Assembly: GCA_013265495.1 (NCBI GenBank)
Contig: MU058198.1
Span: forward strand, 2,368,419-2,432,418
Direction of reading: 5' to 3'
Origin: Vicugna vicugna
Lineage: Eukaryota
DNA length: 64,000 nt
The notes beneath the pieces were generated by a model. It was not told where the DNA came from. It searched no databases and saw nothing but the letters and a program-made list of their open reading frames with translations. The position numbers were made by a program, and so were the translations under genes. How positions within the stretch are numbered: position 1 is the stretch's first letter; every line of letters starts with the position of its first letter. Below are positions 27,601 to 39,600 of this stretch, one piece after another.

Positions 27601-30600
27601 AGTGAGGAATGTCTGAGTTCCCTGTAATTCCCCTTTGCAGGGAGAGAACCGCTGTTACGGTTTGGTATATATCACTCTAGAACTGTGTCTGCTAGTAATA
27701 ATGACATCACAAATGTTGACAGATTCTTCCGTGCACCAGCAGATTTCATCCTTTTACTAAGTCTGAGATCCCCATTCCACAGGTGAGGAAACTGAGGCAC
27801 AGATTGGTGAAATAACTTGCCCAAATTCACAGTATTAGTGTCAGGCATAGACTGAGTTGCTTAGCAGACAGACCCACAATTGTGTGCTAACTCTAAGTGG
27901 TTTCCTTTTCTCTCATCTAACAGTCCTGCTCTCTTGGGGGCTCAGGGTGGGCTGGTGCTTCACCTCCTTAAGTCATCCAGAGGCCTAGTTCCTTCTGTCT
28001 TCTTCTGCCATCTGCCGGGAGTCACCCTGGACCATGTGGTCAGCTCTGGCTCACTGGCAGATGTCCACCTTATAGACTCAGGAGGGCAGGCTGGAGTTGC
28101 ATCATCACTGCTGCTTGCTTCCTATTGGCTGGGCTTAGTCACGTGGCCACACCTAGCTGCAAGGGAAGCCAAGCAGTGTCCTTCCTAGGGTGGCTGTGCA
28201 TCCTGTCAGAACTTAGAAATGTGGCTTGTCTTGGTCCATTCGGGCTGCCATAACAAAACACTATGGACTGGATAACTCATAAACAGCAGAAATTTTTGCT
28301 TGTGGTTCTGGAGGCTGGCAAGTCCAAGATCAAGGTGCCAGCAGGGTCACATTCTGGTGAGGGCTCTCTCCCTGTTCCACAGCTGCAGCTCCTTGCTGTG
28401 TCCTCACATGGTGGACAGAGTCAGGGAGCTCTTGTGGGGCTTCTTTTATAAGGACATCAATCCCACTCATGGGGGCTCCTCCCCCTGACTCAATCATCTC
28501 CCAAGGATCCTACCTCCTATACCGTCACCTTTGAGAGTTAGGATTTCAACATGAGAAATTTGTAGGGGATACATTCAGGTTTTCACTCTCAGAGGAAAGG
28601 AGGAATAGATTCTGGGGACAACCAGCAGTTCCTGCCCCAGACTGCTGGTCAGTGATGGAGCCAGGATCAGAGCCCAGGCAGGCTGGCTCCATTCAATTCT
28701 CTGCTCCCACCTTTCATCAGAGGAGGGTGCCTCCTGGGCCCTGCTCTTCCCTTGACCCCGCACCCACTCCCGCAGGTGGACATCATGCAGATGTGCGTCA
28801 TAGAGCTGAAGGAGAGACCGGGCCAGCCTCTCTTCCACCTGGAGCACTATATTGAGGGCAAGTACATCAAGTACAACTCCAACTCGGGCTTCGTCCGCGA
28901 TGACAACGTGCGCCTGACGCCGCAGGTGAGGCACCTGCAGAGGCATCTCGGCAGACTCAGGTCCCTGCCCCATGAAACAGGGCTTCTGCCTTCATCTTTG
29001 CCTCTATACAACTCCTCCCTGCAGAGAAAGGCCCCCAGCAGGGGCAGAGCTGGATTGTCGCAGCCCCTCAGAGCGGTGCCTGCCAGTGTCCTTGCAGCCC
29101 ACAGCCTGGTCTCTTGTGTTCACCCTTTTTCTTCCCGTCGCCCCACAGGCCTTCAGCCACTTCACGTTTGAGCGGTCCGGCCACCAGCTGATTGTGGTGG
29201 ACATCCAGGGTGTGGGTGACCTCTACACCGACCCGCAGATCCACACCGAGAGGGGCACTGACTTTGGAGATGGCAACCTAGGTAGGCAGGGAAAGCCAGT
29301 GTGTCCACAGAGACCACGCTCCCCGCAAAATCTCCGACTCTTTGTTCACCTGAGAAAGCTGGCCGAGGTGGTGTATGGGCCTCCCCAACATAATGGAGCC
29401 AGGAGCCTGGGGCACCTGGCTCCTGCCAGTTCAGCGCATTTGACAACTGCTCCTGCTATGTCAGGGTGTCATCCCCGCCCTGCCCCTGCCCCAAGGCGAA
29501 GCAGTGCTCCAGACCCCGGCTTTGTCTGCAGGTGTCCGTGGGATGGCTCTCTTCTTCCACTCTCACGCCTGCAACCGGATTTGCAAGAGCATGGGCCTCG
29601 CTCCATTCGACCTCTCCCCGAAAGAGAGAGATGCCGTGAACCAGAACACCAAGCTGCTGGTGGGTACCCAGTGGGAGCCTGCTGGGACGGGCGGGGCCTT
29701 TCTGCTGCCAGGACCAGCAAGCTGTGCTGCCTCTGCGACAGTGGCCCGGGCTCTGCGATGCTTCATTGAAGAGTATCAGGGCCAGAAGAATCTTGGTCCC
29801 ATCTGTGTCCCTCGCCTCCCTCCCCAAACCAGTGCACAGCTCTCCTGAATGTCCCCATTAATAGGGCAGCTGGGGTCTGCTTGATCTGGCCCATTTGTGA
29901 CCAGAGTGAGAGGACGAGGTGTGTAGAGGTAGTGAGTGTGTGGAGTGTGTATTTGTGTGGTGTTGACACATGGCTAGGCTAGATTTGGACCTGGCTCTCT
30001 GGGCATCTCTCTGTGTCTGGAATGTGCCGCCATCCCTACCCTACTGCATGGACCAGATATGAGACAATGCTGGTAAAGACCAGCTTGGGATTCTGGATAT
30101 ATAGTGGCATGTGTCTCCCTGCTCAGAGCTGTGAAGTGAGGGAATGCTGTTCCTCTGAGCGCCTATCCCGGATGCCCCTTCTTAGTGGTCTTCAGGTTAA
30201 TCCCCACTGATTATTTTTAGATTTTCTGCTAGTCTCTAAACAGGCACAGATGGGCGTTGTGGCTAAAAGGGCCTCAGGTTTGCAGGGGACCAACAGGCAA
30301 CAGGAAGAGCTCCTTTTCCCCAGAGGGTGCCTGTGTGATGTGCATATCCCTGTTAATTCTCCAGCAATCAGCCAAAACCATTTTGAGGGGGACAGAGGAA
30401 AAGTGCGGGAGCCCCCGGGTGAGGACCCTCTCTGGCAGCCGGCCCCCCCTGCTCCTTCGCCTCTCAGAGAACTCTGGGGACGAGAACATGAGTGACGTGA
30501 CCTCCGACTCACTCCCTTCCTCGCCGTCCTCGGCCACGCCGCACAGCCAGAAACTGGACGCCCTCCGTGAGTGATGGTTTGGTCCTTGGTCACTGTGATT

Positions 30601-33600
30601 GGAGGGGACGAGCACCAGGTAGACAGGGCTGGGTTTGCTTTCACTTACGTTAGAAGATCTGCCATGCCAACCAAAAAGGTGGTTGGCCCAGATGGTTTTA
30701 CAGGTGAGTTCTTTAATAAACGTTCAAGATGCAGGTCATCCAAATGCTGTAAAAACAACCTCTATTATAGAAAACAAGGTAACAGTTTTCAGGGCGTTTT
30801 ATGAAATCAGCAAAAAACTTGTATACCAAAATTTGACAAAACACCAAAAAAGAAAACTATATCCCAACCTCACTTATAAATATACAAGGCAAAAATTCTA
30901 AGTAAAGTATTAACAAATCAAGACTAGTGTCTTAAAAGAACAGTCTGTCATAGCCCAATAGGGTTCTTGCATGAATCCAGAGGTGGTTCCGTGGTGGAAA
31001 CCGATTAACATCATATGAATAGATCAAAGGGGAAAAGCGGAATCGTTATTTCTGAAGTTGATGGGACAGAATTTGCTGATGATGTGGACGTGGGATCTGC
31101 AGAAAAGGGGGGAGGCAAGGCTGATTCCAGGGTTTTGATCTGAACAACAGAAAGGATGGTGTGGCCAATAATTCAGCTGGAGGAGGCGGCAGGGGAGCAG
31201 GAGAGGAGGATTTTCGTGTCAGATGTTAAAGAAGCCTGTGAGACATCACCACTGGAAAGCCTTGGGAATAGTCTGGAGCAGGAGTTGACAGGTTTTTCTT
31301 AAAAGGCCAGAGAGTAAATATTTTAGACTTTGTGGGCCATGTGGTCTCAGCCTTTGCAACATAAACACGGCCATAGACAATACCTGAAACAAGGTGTGGC
31401 TGTGTTCCCAGTAAAACTCTATGGACATTGAATTTTAAATCTCATTTAATTTTCACATATCACAAGATACTCTTCTTTTGATTTTTTTTCCCCCAACCAC
31501 TAAAAAATGTAAAAAGGAGGGGGAGGGTATATAGCTCAAGTGGTAGAGTGAATGCTTGTGATGCACAAGGTCCTGGGTTCAATCCCCAGTACCTCCTTTA
31601 AAAATAAATAAACCTAATTACCCACCCCCCAAAATGAACAAAAATGTAAAAAGAATTCTTAAAAACCAGACAAGACCAGGAGACAAGCCAGGTTTGGCTA
31701 GTGGGAGCTTAGGACAGAGGGTGAAAACTGGGAACCACCAGGAAATGGCTGGTTCTCAACCATCTGAGCTGCTCCCACTTGACTCTACCCATTGGGCCCC
31801 AAATGTACAAATGGCTTTTCTTCCTTCACGACTGCACCTCCTTGAGGGCCGGGCATGACCCCGGCACATGAGTTCACAAACACATTACACAAGGGGGCTT
31901 GGCATTAGGACAACCCCAAGGAGGCACAGTGCTTAGGCTCCCACACCTGGCAAGTGTCAGGCTCTAAGTGCTCCAGGAGGAACTGCTGCCCCCTCCAGGT
32001 GCTCGCAACATTCTTCTCCCATCTTTGTAAATTTAAAATTAAAAAAGGGTTGGTGGCAGCTGTAGGCTGTGGGTGGGTCTTGTGAACCGTTCCAGCGATG
32101 GAGCTGGTGTCTGACTCTTGTTTCCTCCCTGCCCAGACTGGCCTGTGTTCAGTGACCTTGATAATGCGGCTCCCCGAGACCACGACCATCTGGACAACCA
32201 CCGGGTGAGTGGAGGGGGATGGAGGAGCAGCTCGGGGAGGAGTGGGCTCCCTCCCTCAGGAACAGAGATGTGAGTCCTCAAGGAAGAGGTGGGCAGCCCA
32301 GGTCTGCTCTGGGCGCTGGCAGGAGGGCACAGGCAGGCGGAGGGGAATCTCAGCCTCCTGCCCAGGGCAGGGTTTCCTCTGGGAAGAGCTGGGCCTGTGC
32401 GGGTTCCTGGAGACAGAGTAGAGAGAATCCAAAACAGCAACAGTGTGACCTTTTGGTAAATGCCAGGCTGGGCCCTGGGTTTGGTTTGGCCTCGTGTACA
32501 GACAGCTGTCTTAGGGGAGAAGGGGTTAGGCTGGGTCTCCAGTGTATAACTTAGAGCACAGGCAGCTAGGATGCTCACAGGACAGAGACACAAAACGGCT
32601 TTCTTGCAACTTCTAGATGACTCAGCAGGAAGAAGCTGTAGCTGACATATTTGCATGCAGATGAACATACAGTATGGTGTCAAATTAGATGTGTAACTTA
32701 CAGCGCAGGCAGCTGAGGTGCTCACAGGCTGGATACACAGAACAGGTGTCCTGCCGCCTCTAGATGACTCAGCAGTAGGAAGCTGCAGATGACATATTTG
32801 CATTCAGACGGACATATATTAGGGGGTCACATTAAAAATTCACTGGAATTTTTTACACAGACTTGGTAGAACTGTCACACTTGCACAGGCCACAGGCACC
32901 TGAAGCTGCACCCTCAGCCTGCTGCAAAGGTTCCAGTTCACTCCTGACTGCTGTTCAGAGTTCTCGAGTGGAAGAAAAAAAAGTAAGAATAGCTGACATG
33001 GAGGGAATGTCTCTATGGGCAGAAACTGTTTCAAGAGCTTGGTAGATAATTCTCGTTTAATCCCCACAGCAACTTAGGAGGTAGAGAGTATTTTGTATTC
33101 CTTTTAGAGTAGGTCTTATTCTGGAGTTAGGATGAAGTTTAGAATTTCAGAGTAGGTGGGAAAGGAAAAGGTACAAAAAGTTAGCATGGTGAAGAGTCTT
33201 CTTGTAGGAACCTATAATGAAAAAGAATATGAAAGCGAGCATATGCATGCATATGTGTGACTGAAACAGTATGCTGCACACCAGAAATTGATACAACATT
33301 GTAAACTGACTGTACTTCAGTTTTAAAAAAAAGTCTTCCTGCCACCTGTCCCCTTGGCCACCTGCTTACCCTCAGCGTTCGCAGCTGCTTGGGCAGTGTT
33401 CTCATCATCCCTGATTGACAGATGGGGACACACGGAGGCACAGACATGTTAGCCGCTTGCTCACAGTCACCCAGGGATGGAGTTAGGATTCAAACCCACC
33501 CTCTGCCCTGCGGTCCTTTACTTCTGTTCTCCATTTCTCAGATGAGGACACTTGAGGTTTGGAGAAGTGGGCGGCCTCGCCCAGGATCCCAGAGCTGGGA

Positions 33601-36600
33601 GGTACAGAGCTGGGGTTTGAGTGGGGCTCTCTGTTGTCTGGCTCAGGAGTGATTTCCAAGGGTAGGACACGGGGCCCAGGGTCATGCAGGAAGTGGGTAC
33701 AAGGAGGGGGCTTCCCAGGCTTCTGGGTCTGGCCTGTGATCCGTTTTCAAAGATAGTCTTTCACTCAGCACACTAAACACTTCAGTTTGATTGTCTGTAA
33801 ATTGTGCCTCAATATTAACAATGGAAATAGTTATAAAAAAAAAAATCAGAACAGCTGTTTGGCTCACACAGAGCAAAAGCCTAGGGGAGGGGCGGTAGGA
33901 AGCCTGTGGTGCTTCTAGAAACCAGGGCTGGGGCCTTTGAGGATAACACAGCTCCTTGGGGAGGAGTGGGTCCTGGCCAGACCAGAGGCCAGGGATTCCG
34001 TTGTGTATGTTCCATGGCTCCCATCTGCCTAGGAGACTGAGCCAGGTTTTACATTTATGGTAGTGATTCTTTTAAAAATAAATTGACTTAAGTAAATAAG
34101 ATGATTTATTTAAAGAAAAATAATAGAAATATGAATTCATGAATGGGGTTTTATCTGGAGGAGGAAGAGAATGGGATGGGGAGGAACTCATAAGAGGTCT
34201 AAGTTTTAACAGCAGTACAGGAGTTCACATTAGGATTCTCTGTTCTTATTTATGTGTTTGAAATATTTCTTAGGAGAATAAAGAAGGAAAAAAATTAAAA
34301 TTATCGGCTGAATAGTGACGTGGGGATATGCCAGAACTCAATGTTGGTAGACAAATGACTGAAGTTCTAGAGATTCTAAATCATACTAGATTCCTTTTCA
34401 CAACAGAACTCAGACCTTGAAGAATAAAAAAATATACCCAGTGACCTGTGCAGTTTTGGCGGAGGGCTTAGCTGTGGTGAAATAACTCTTCCCAACACTA
34501 CATCTTTATCCAGGGGTCATATCCTTTCAACTAGCCTTTGTTTTTCTGCCTGAGAATTGGGTGAGCCACTCTTAATAATAGCACTCAATTACGATCCCCA
34601 CCCTGAGTGTGACACCTTGTTTTATCTTCAGAGCCCTTTGATGTAGGGGCTGTAATGAAGGAAACCAAAGTTCAGAGAGGCTAAGCGACTGCCCAAGGCC
34701 ACAGCTGGCGAGTCACAAAGCTCGGACTTGAGCCTGGGCAGTCTGGCCCCAGAGTCCAAGCTCTTTGCCACTGCTTCCCGCCCTTTCCTTGTTACTCGAC
34801 CAACAAGGGTTGGAGGGAGAGAGTGTTAAGTGAGGTGACAGGACAAAGGAGAGAAAGAAAATGGCTGGAATTCCAGATATGACCACCACTAGGTACTCAG
34901 AGGACCACTGAGACCCTAGGGTCATCTTCTCTCCACAGGACTCTGAGAACAGTGGGGACAGCGGATACCCCAGTGAGAAGCGGGGTGAGCTGGATGACCC
35001 AGAGCCCCGAGAACATGTAAGGAACCCCCAGAAAATGAGAACAGAGTCCCCTGTTACCTGGTTGTCCAGGAGGATAGAGAGCTGGGGGGAAGGGGAGTGG
35101 GTCATAAGCGCATAACAAGCAAATAAATCATTTCAGATAAAAACACATGCAGAGCAGAAGACAAAACAGGGTAGTGTTGACCAGTAAGTTTAGTGAGGGG
35201 ACAAGCATGGGGGATTAGACACAAGGTTGAAAATGGCAGACACTTCTTACAGTGAAGCTGGGACCTCTGGTAGCTAAGCAGAGGGGATGGTGGGTAGCAG
35301 ACCAGAAGGGTGTTGGTGCAGGTGGGAGGGCCCAGCTCCAAGGCACAGGATTGTAGCAGTCCCTCCGGAGGGACCCCGACAATGGTTTCCTAAAGCATCT
35401 TCCCAGCAGCATCCTGGGGAGGGTGGTCTTGGGCAGTGTCAGCCATGTAGAGGTTTTGCCAAGTGCCCAAATTAAACCTGAGCATCATGGCCAGTCTCGC
35501 GGGTGGCCTCTTGTCTCGCTTTGTTACTGCAAAATTGTAATCAGGCGATGGGAGCTTTGGCTGGGGGGAGGACTTGGCCCAGTTTTCTTGGTGCCTGACT
35601 GCTGGGATCCTGTGCCTTGGAGTCCGTTCCATCTGTGCACACGGTGAGAGCGAGTGGAAGGCTGTGGCCTCCCCAGCACACCGGTCCTGCCTGTTACCCT
35701 GCTTCTCTCTGCTGGACAGACAGGTGCCAGGTCCGGGATGGGTAGGGGATGAACCAGTTCCCTGAGGAGGGTCCCCTGGGAGGGCTGGACCAGTTCCCCC
35801 AGAGGAGGTTCTTGCAGGGGAAGGGCTGCTCTTTGGATCACTCTGACCTCTGAACTCCCTCAGGGCCACTCAAACGGTAACCGGAGGTACGAGTCGGATG
35901 AAGACAGCCTGGGCAGCTGCGGACGGGTAAAGCACCCCGGGAGTCCTTGTCATGTTTGTGCGCTTGCCTTTTCCAGCCTCGGTTTCTGCTTCTCCCCCTT
36001 CACGTCACGTCACTTCTGCCTGCCCAGGGCGCCTCACACATCTCCTCAGGGAAGATTTTGCAAAGGACCCAATCCCCTCGGCAAATACTTTTTGAGCTCC
36101 TGCCCTGGGTGGGCCGCTGGAGGATCAGTGGGGAAGGTTGGGGAAGATTCGAGTGGCCGATTCTGGAGGCCACAGCTCACGTGTTCAGGTTCTGCCCATG
36201 TAGGTGCCTTCCGGTGTAAATCAATTCACTTCTTGGTTTCAGTGTTATGCACCCTCTTTTTACATGTAAGAAAAAGGGGCTCTTAAGTGACTTTCCCCAG
36301 GTTACCTGGCTAGGAGATCTAAGAAGCGTCTCAGGTGATCGATATCCTCAGGTAACTGTGGGAAGGACAAGCCTCCACGATGCTCTTCTCCAGCCGACTC
36401 TGAACCATGTTTGGACCTCTCACTCTCCAGCCTTTGCGAAGTCGAGTCTATTTCCCACCTGCAAGATCCTTCCTCCCGCTGTGGTCACATCTCCTTCTCC
36501 TCTCTCCTCCTGTCTGCTCTCCCAGGCTGGATCCCAGTGGCACCTCCTCCAGGAGCCTTCCCTGATCACCAGGGCAGGCTGGACTCTTGCTGCTTCCGGA

Positions 36601-39600
36601 ACACAGATTAGTTGCCATGTTGTATTTGCTTACCACACTGTATTTCCCAGTCGGGTCAAGGCTGCAGTGTGGCGTGGAGCAGGGTCATTCAACCAAAACC
36701 CCAGTGACATTCTGGGCTGGGTCACTCTTTGTTGCGGGGGCCGCCCTGTGCGTTGTAGGGTGGTCAGTGCACACATACACGTGCGCACACGTCGCAGCCT
36801 GGCTCTGTCCTGTGAGAACTTGGGGAGAGGGTGCTTTTAGCTGGGAGACATGGTGTGTTTTCTAAGCCCGTCCCCCGAAGCAGCCTGGGACGCACAGAGG
36901 AAAGCACAGTGGATTTGTCTCCGGGTCTGAAGTCAGGCACTTCTGGTGCCTCATGTGGGGAGCTGTCAAAGGAGCAGCTCAGGGTCTAACCTCCCCAACC
37001 CAACTCAGGTTGGTAAGTGAGGGGACACGTCTCTGAACTGTCTGGTGTGCTAGCCTTTGTGTCCTGTTGCTGCCACATCCCCTCAGCGCCCACAGGTGAC
37101 TGGAAGTGGAGCCATGTTTGTGCAAGAAAACTTGACACCACACGTTTCCCCTCCCCTCAACTTGCCAGACTGGCTTTCGTAGCCGGGAGGGTGCGTCCAG
37201 CCCCAGCCCCTCACCCCTCTGGCCTATAAATGCCTGGTCCTCCCTACAGGTTTGTGTGGAGAAATGGAATCTCGTCAACTCCTCCCGCCTCCACCTGCCC
37301 AGGCCTTCGGCCGTGGCCTTGGAGGTGCAGAGGCTCAACGCTCTGGACCTTGAGAAGAAGATCGGGAAGTCCATTCTGGGGAAGGTACAGCGATGTCCTC
37401 CCTGCGCTAGCCCGGCGCGTCCTCTGCCAGTCACTCCCTCCCGCAGGCTGGCTGGGGGCCCTCGGCTGCGGCTTCGGCCTCACCCGTGTGTGGTCCGTGT
37501 GGCAGGTCCACCTGGCCATGGTGCGCTACCACGAGGGCGGGCGCTTCTGCGACAAGGACGAGGAGTGGGACCGGGAGTCGGCGGTCTTCCACCTGGAGCA
37601 CGCGGCCGACCTGGGTGAGCTGGAGGCCATCGTGGGCCTGGGGCTCATGTACTCACAGCTGCCCCACCACATCCTGTCCGACGTCTCTCTGGAGGTGAGG
37701 GGGGCAGGGACCCAGCTGGAGGGGGGTCTCAGTCAACCCATCACCCTCCCCCTCCCTGGAGGTTTGTGCCCTAGAAATTCCCTGAGCATCCGTCTGGGGC
37801 CAGGCACTGCCGTGTTGGCTGAAACTGGTAGAACTGGCCTCTGCTCTTGGGAAATGGGTGGAAGGTGGCAGTCCCATTCCCAGGCATTTGTGACATGTTG
37901 CAATGGGAGAAACAGAAGGTACTGATGCACACAAACAGGAAGGGCCTTACCTGGGGATCTCGAGGGGTCAGCCCAGGCTCCCTGCTGGTCAGCCCCAGCT
38001 GTGTCCCTAGTGGCGAGGACAGACTTGGCACACGTTAGATGTTCAGCATTCATTTATGAGACGAATGAATAAAGCGATGCCTAAGTTAGACCTGAAAGCT
38101 GATGGAGCCAGCCAGGCAGAGTGTGGGAGGGGCAGTGTGGGCAGAGGGAGCCGCGTGAGCCCAGGCCCAGAGCAGACAGACAAGGCGGGGTCAGAGGACA
38201 GGCAGTGATCAGTGTGGCTCAGCGTGGGCGTGAGGAGATAGTGCAGGAGATGAGGCTGGAGAGTGGGCCCCGGCAGGACCTGGGTGTGACAGGACATCCG
38301 TGAGGGTGTCTCCTCTCTGCACTTCCCTGGTCTATGGGCACAGGGAACAGGACCTGACAGGGCCTAGGGAGTGCGATCTTTTCCTTGGAGAAGTTGAGAG
38401 GCCCTCGGTGTGCATATGCTCCCAGCATATCTGTCCCATTCTTCCTGTCACGTGGGCCAGGGTTGTGGCTGGACGAGGCTGGGCCTGGTGTGGACACAGG
38501 GGACCAGCCCTCCTCTGTGGGCCATGTCCATGGCCCAGCAGGTCAGGGATCTCAGACTGGAGGAGGGTGAGGGAAGGCACCTGAAAGTGCTTTACTTATT
38601 TAACTTTTAGAGCAGTTTTGGAGAGGGTGTAGCTAAATGTTTGAGTGCATGCCTAGCAAGGACAAGGTCCTGGGTTCAATCCCCAGTCCCTCCACTTAAA
38701 TAAATAAATGCAACCTAACTACCTCCCCCTCCCCACCAGAAAGGTATCCAGTGCTGTATGTCAATTACATCTCAAAGAAGAAAAAAATTTATTTTTTATT
38801 TTTTAATAAAATAAAATGGGTACTACATTCACATGATTTAAAAAAATTTTTTTTGACTTTATTATATTTGGGGGTGGGTAATTAGGTTTATTTATTTATT
38901 TAACTTTTTTAACAGAGGTACTGGGGATTGAACCCAAAACCTCATGTATGCTAAGCGTGTGGCTCTACCACTGAGCTATACCCTCACCCCTAATTTTTTA
39001 ATTATGAAAAGATTTACAGTGAAAAATCTCCCTCCCACCTTCCCCTCCATCTTCTCATTCTCCCCATAACAAGTGACCATTATTATTAATTTCTTACATA
39101 TAATTCCAGAGTGTGTTTGTTTCTTAGGACTGCCGTGAGAAGTCACCACAAACTGGGTGGCATAAAACAACAGAAATTTATTCTCGCACAGTTCCAGAGG
39201 CTAGAAGTCCAAAATCAAGGTGTCAGCAGCGCTGTGCTTTTGTGGCTTCTGGTGGTTATGGGCAGTCTTGGGGGCTCCTGGCTCATGGGTACATCACTCC
39301 AACCTCTGTTTCCATCTTCACATGGCCTCCCCTCTCTGTGTCTGTGTCTCTGTGTCTCTTCTCTTAAAAAGACACCATTCTATGGGATTGAGGGCCCCTC
39401 TACTCCAGTATGACCTCATCTTACCTAATGACATCTACAAAGGTCACAATGTGAGGTTCTGAGTGGACATAAGTTTGGGGAGGACACTATTCAACCCAGT
39501 GCACAGAGTTTCCTTATGCCAATGCAGAGTATAGGTTCTTTTTTTTTTCCATCTTTTTATTGTTTATTTCCAATTTTAACACAGAGTATAGGTTCTTATG

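Noticed and set aside
28972..29769. 265-aa ORF spanning EEF2K exon 8 and intron 8
   Set aside because: Only the exon 8 part is EEF2K-like. The rest is read-through of GC-rich intron and out-of-frame exon 9.
31517..31639. tRNA-Ala-like sequences as real tRNA genes
   Set aside because: They have TSDs, AT-rich tails and broken stems, so they are SINE copies.
32039..32803. 254-aa minus-strand ORF with an internal repeat (MQIC.LQL..AESSR twice)
   Set aside because: The repeat simply reflects the 147-bp (49-codon) DNA duplication. There is no recognisable domain and the ORF is antisense to exon 11.
37230..37925. 231-aa ORF across exons 14-15
   Set aside because: Only the exon 15 part is in the EEF2K frame. 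The remainder is intron or out-of-frame sequence.
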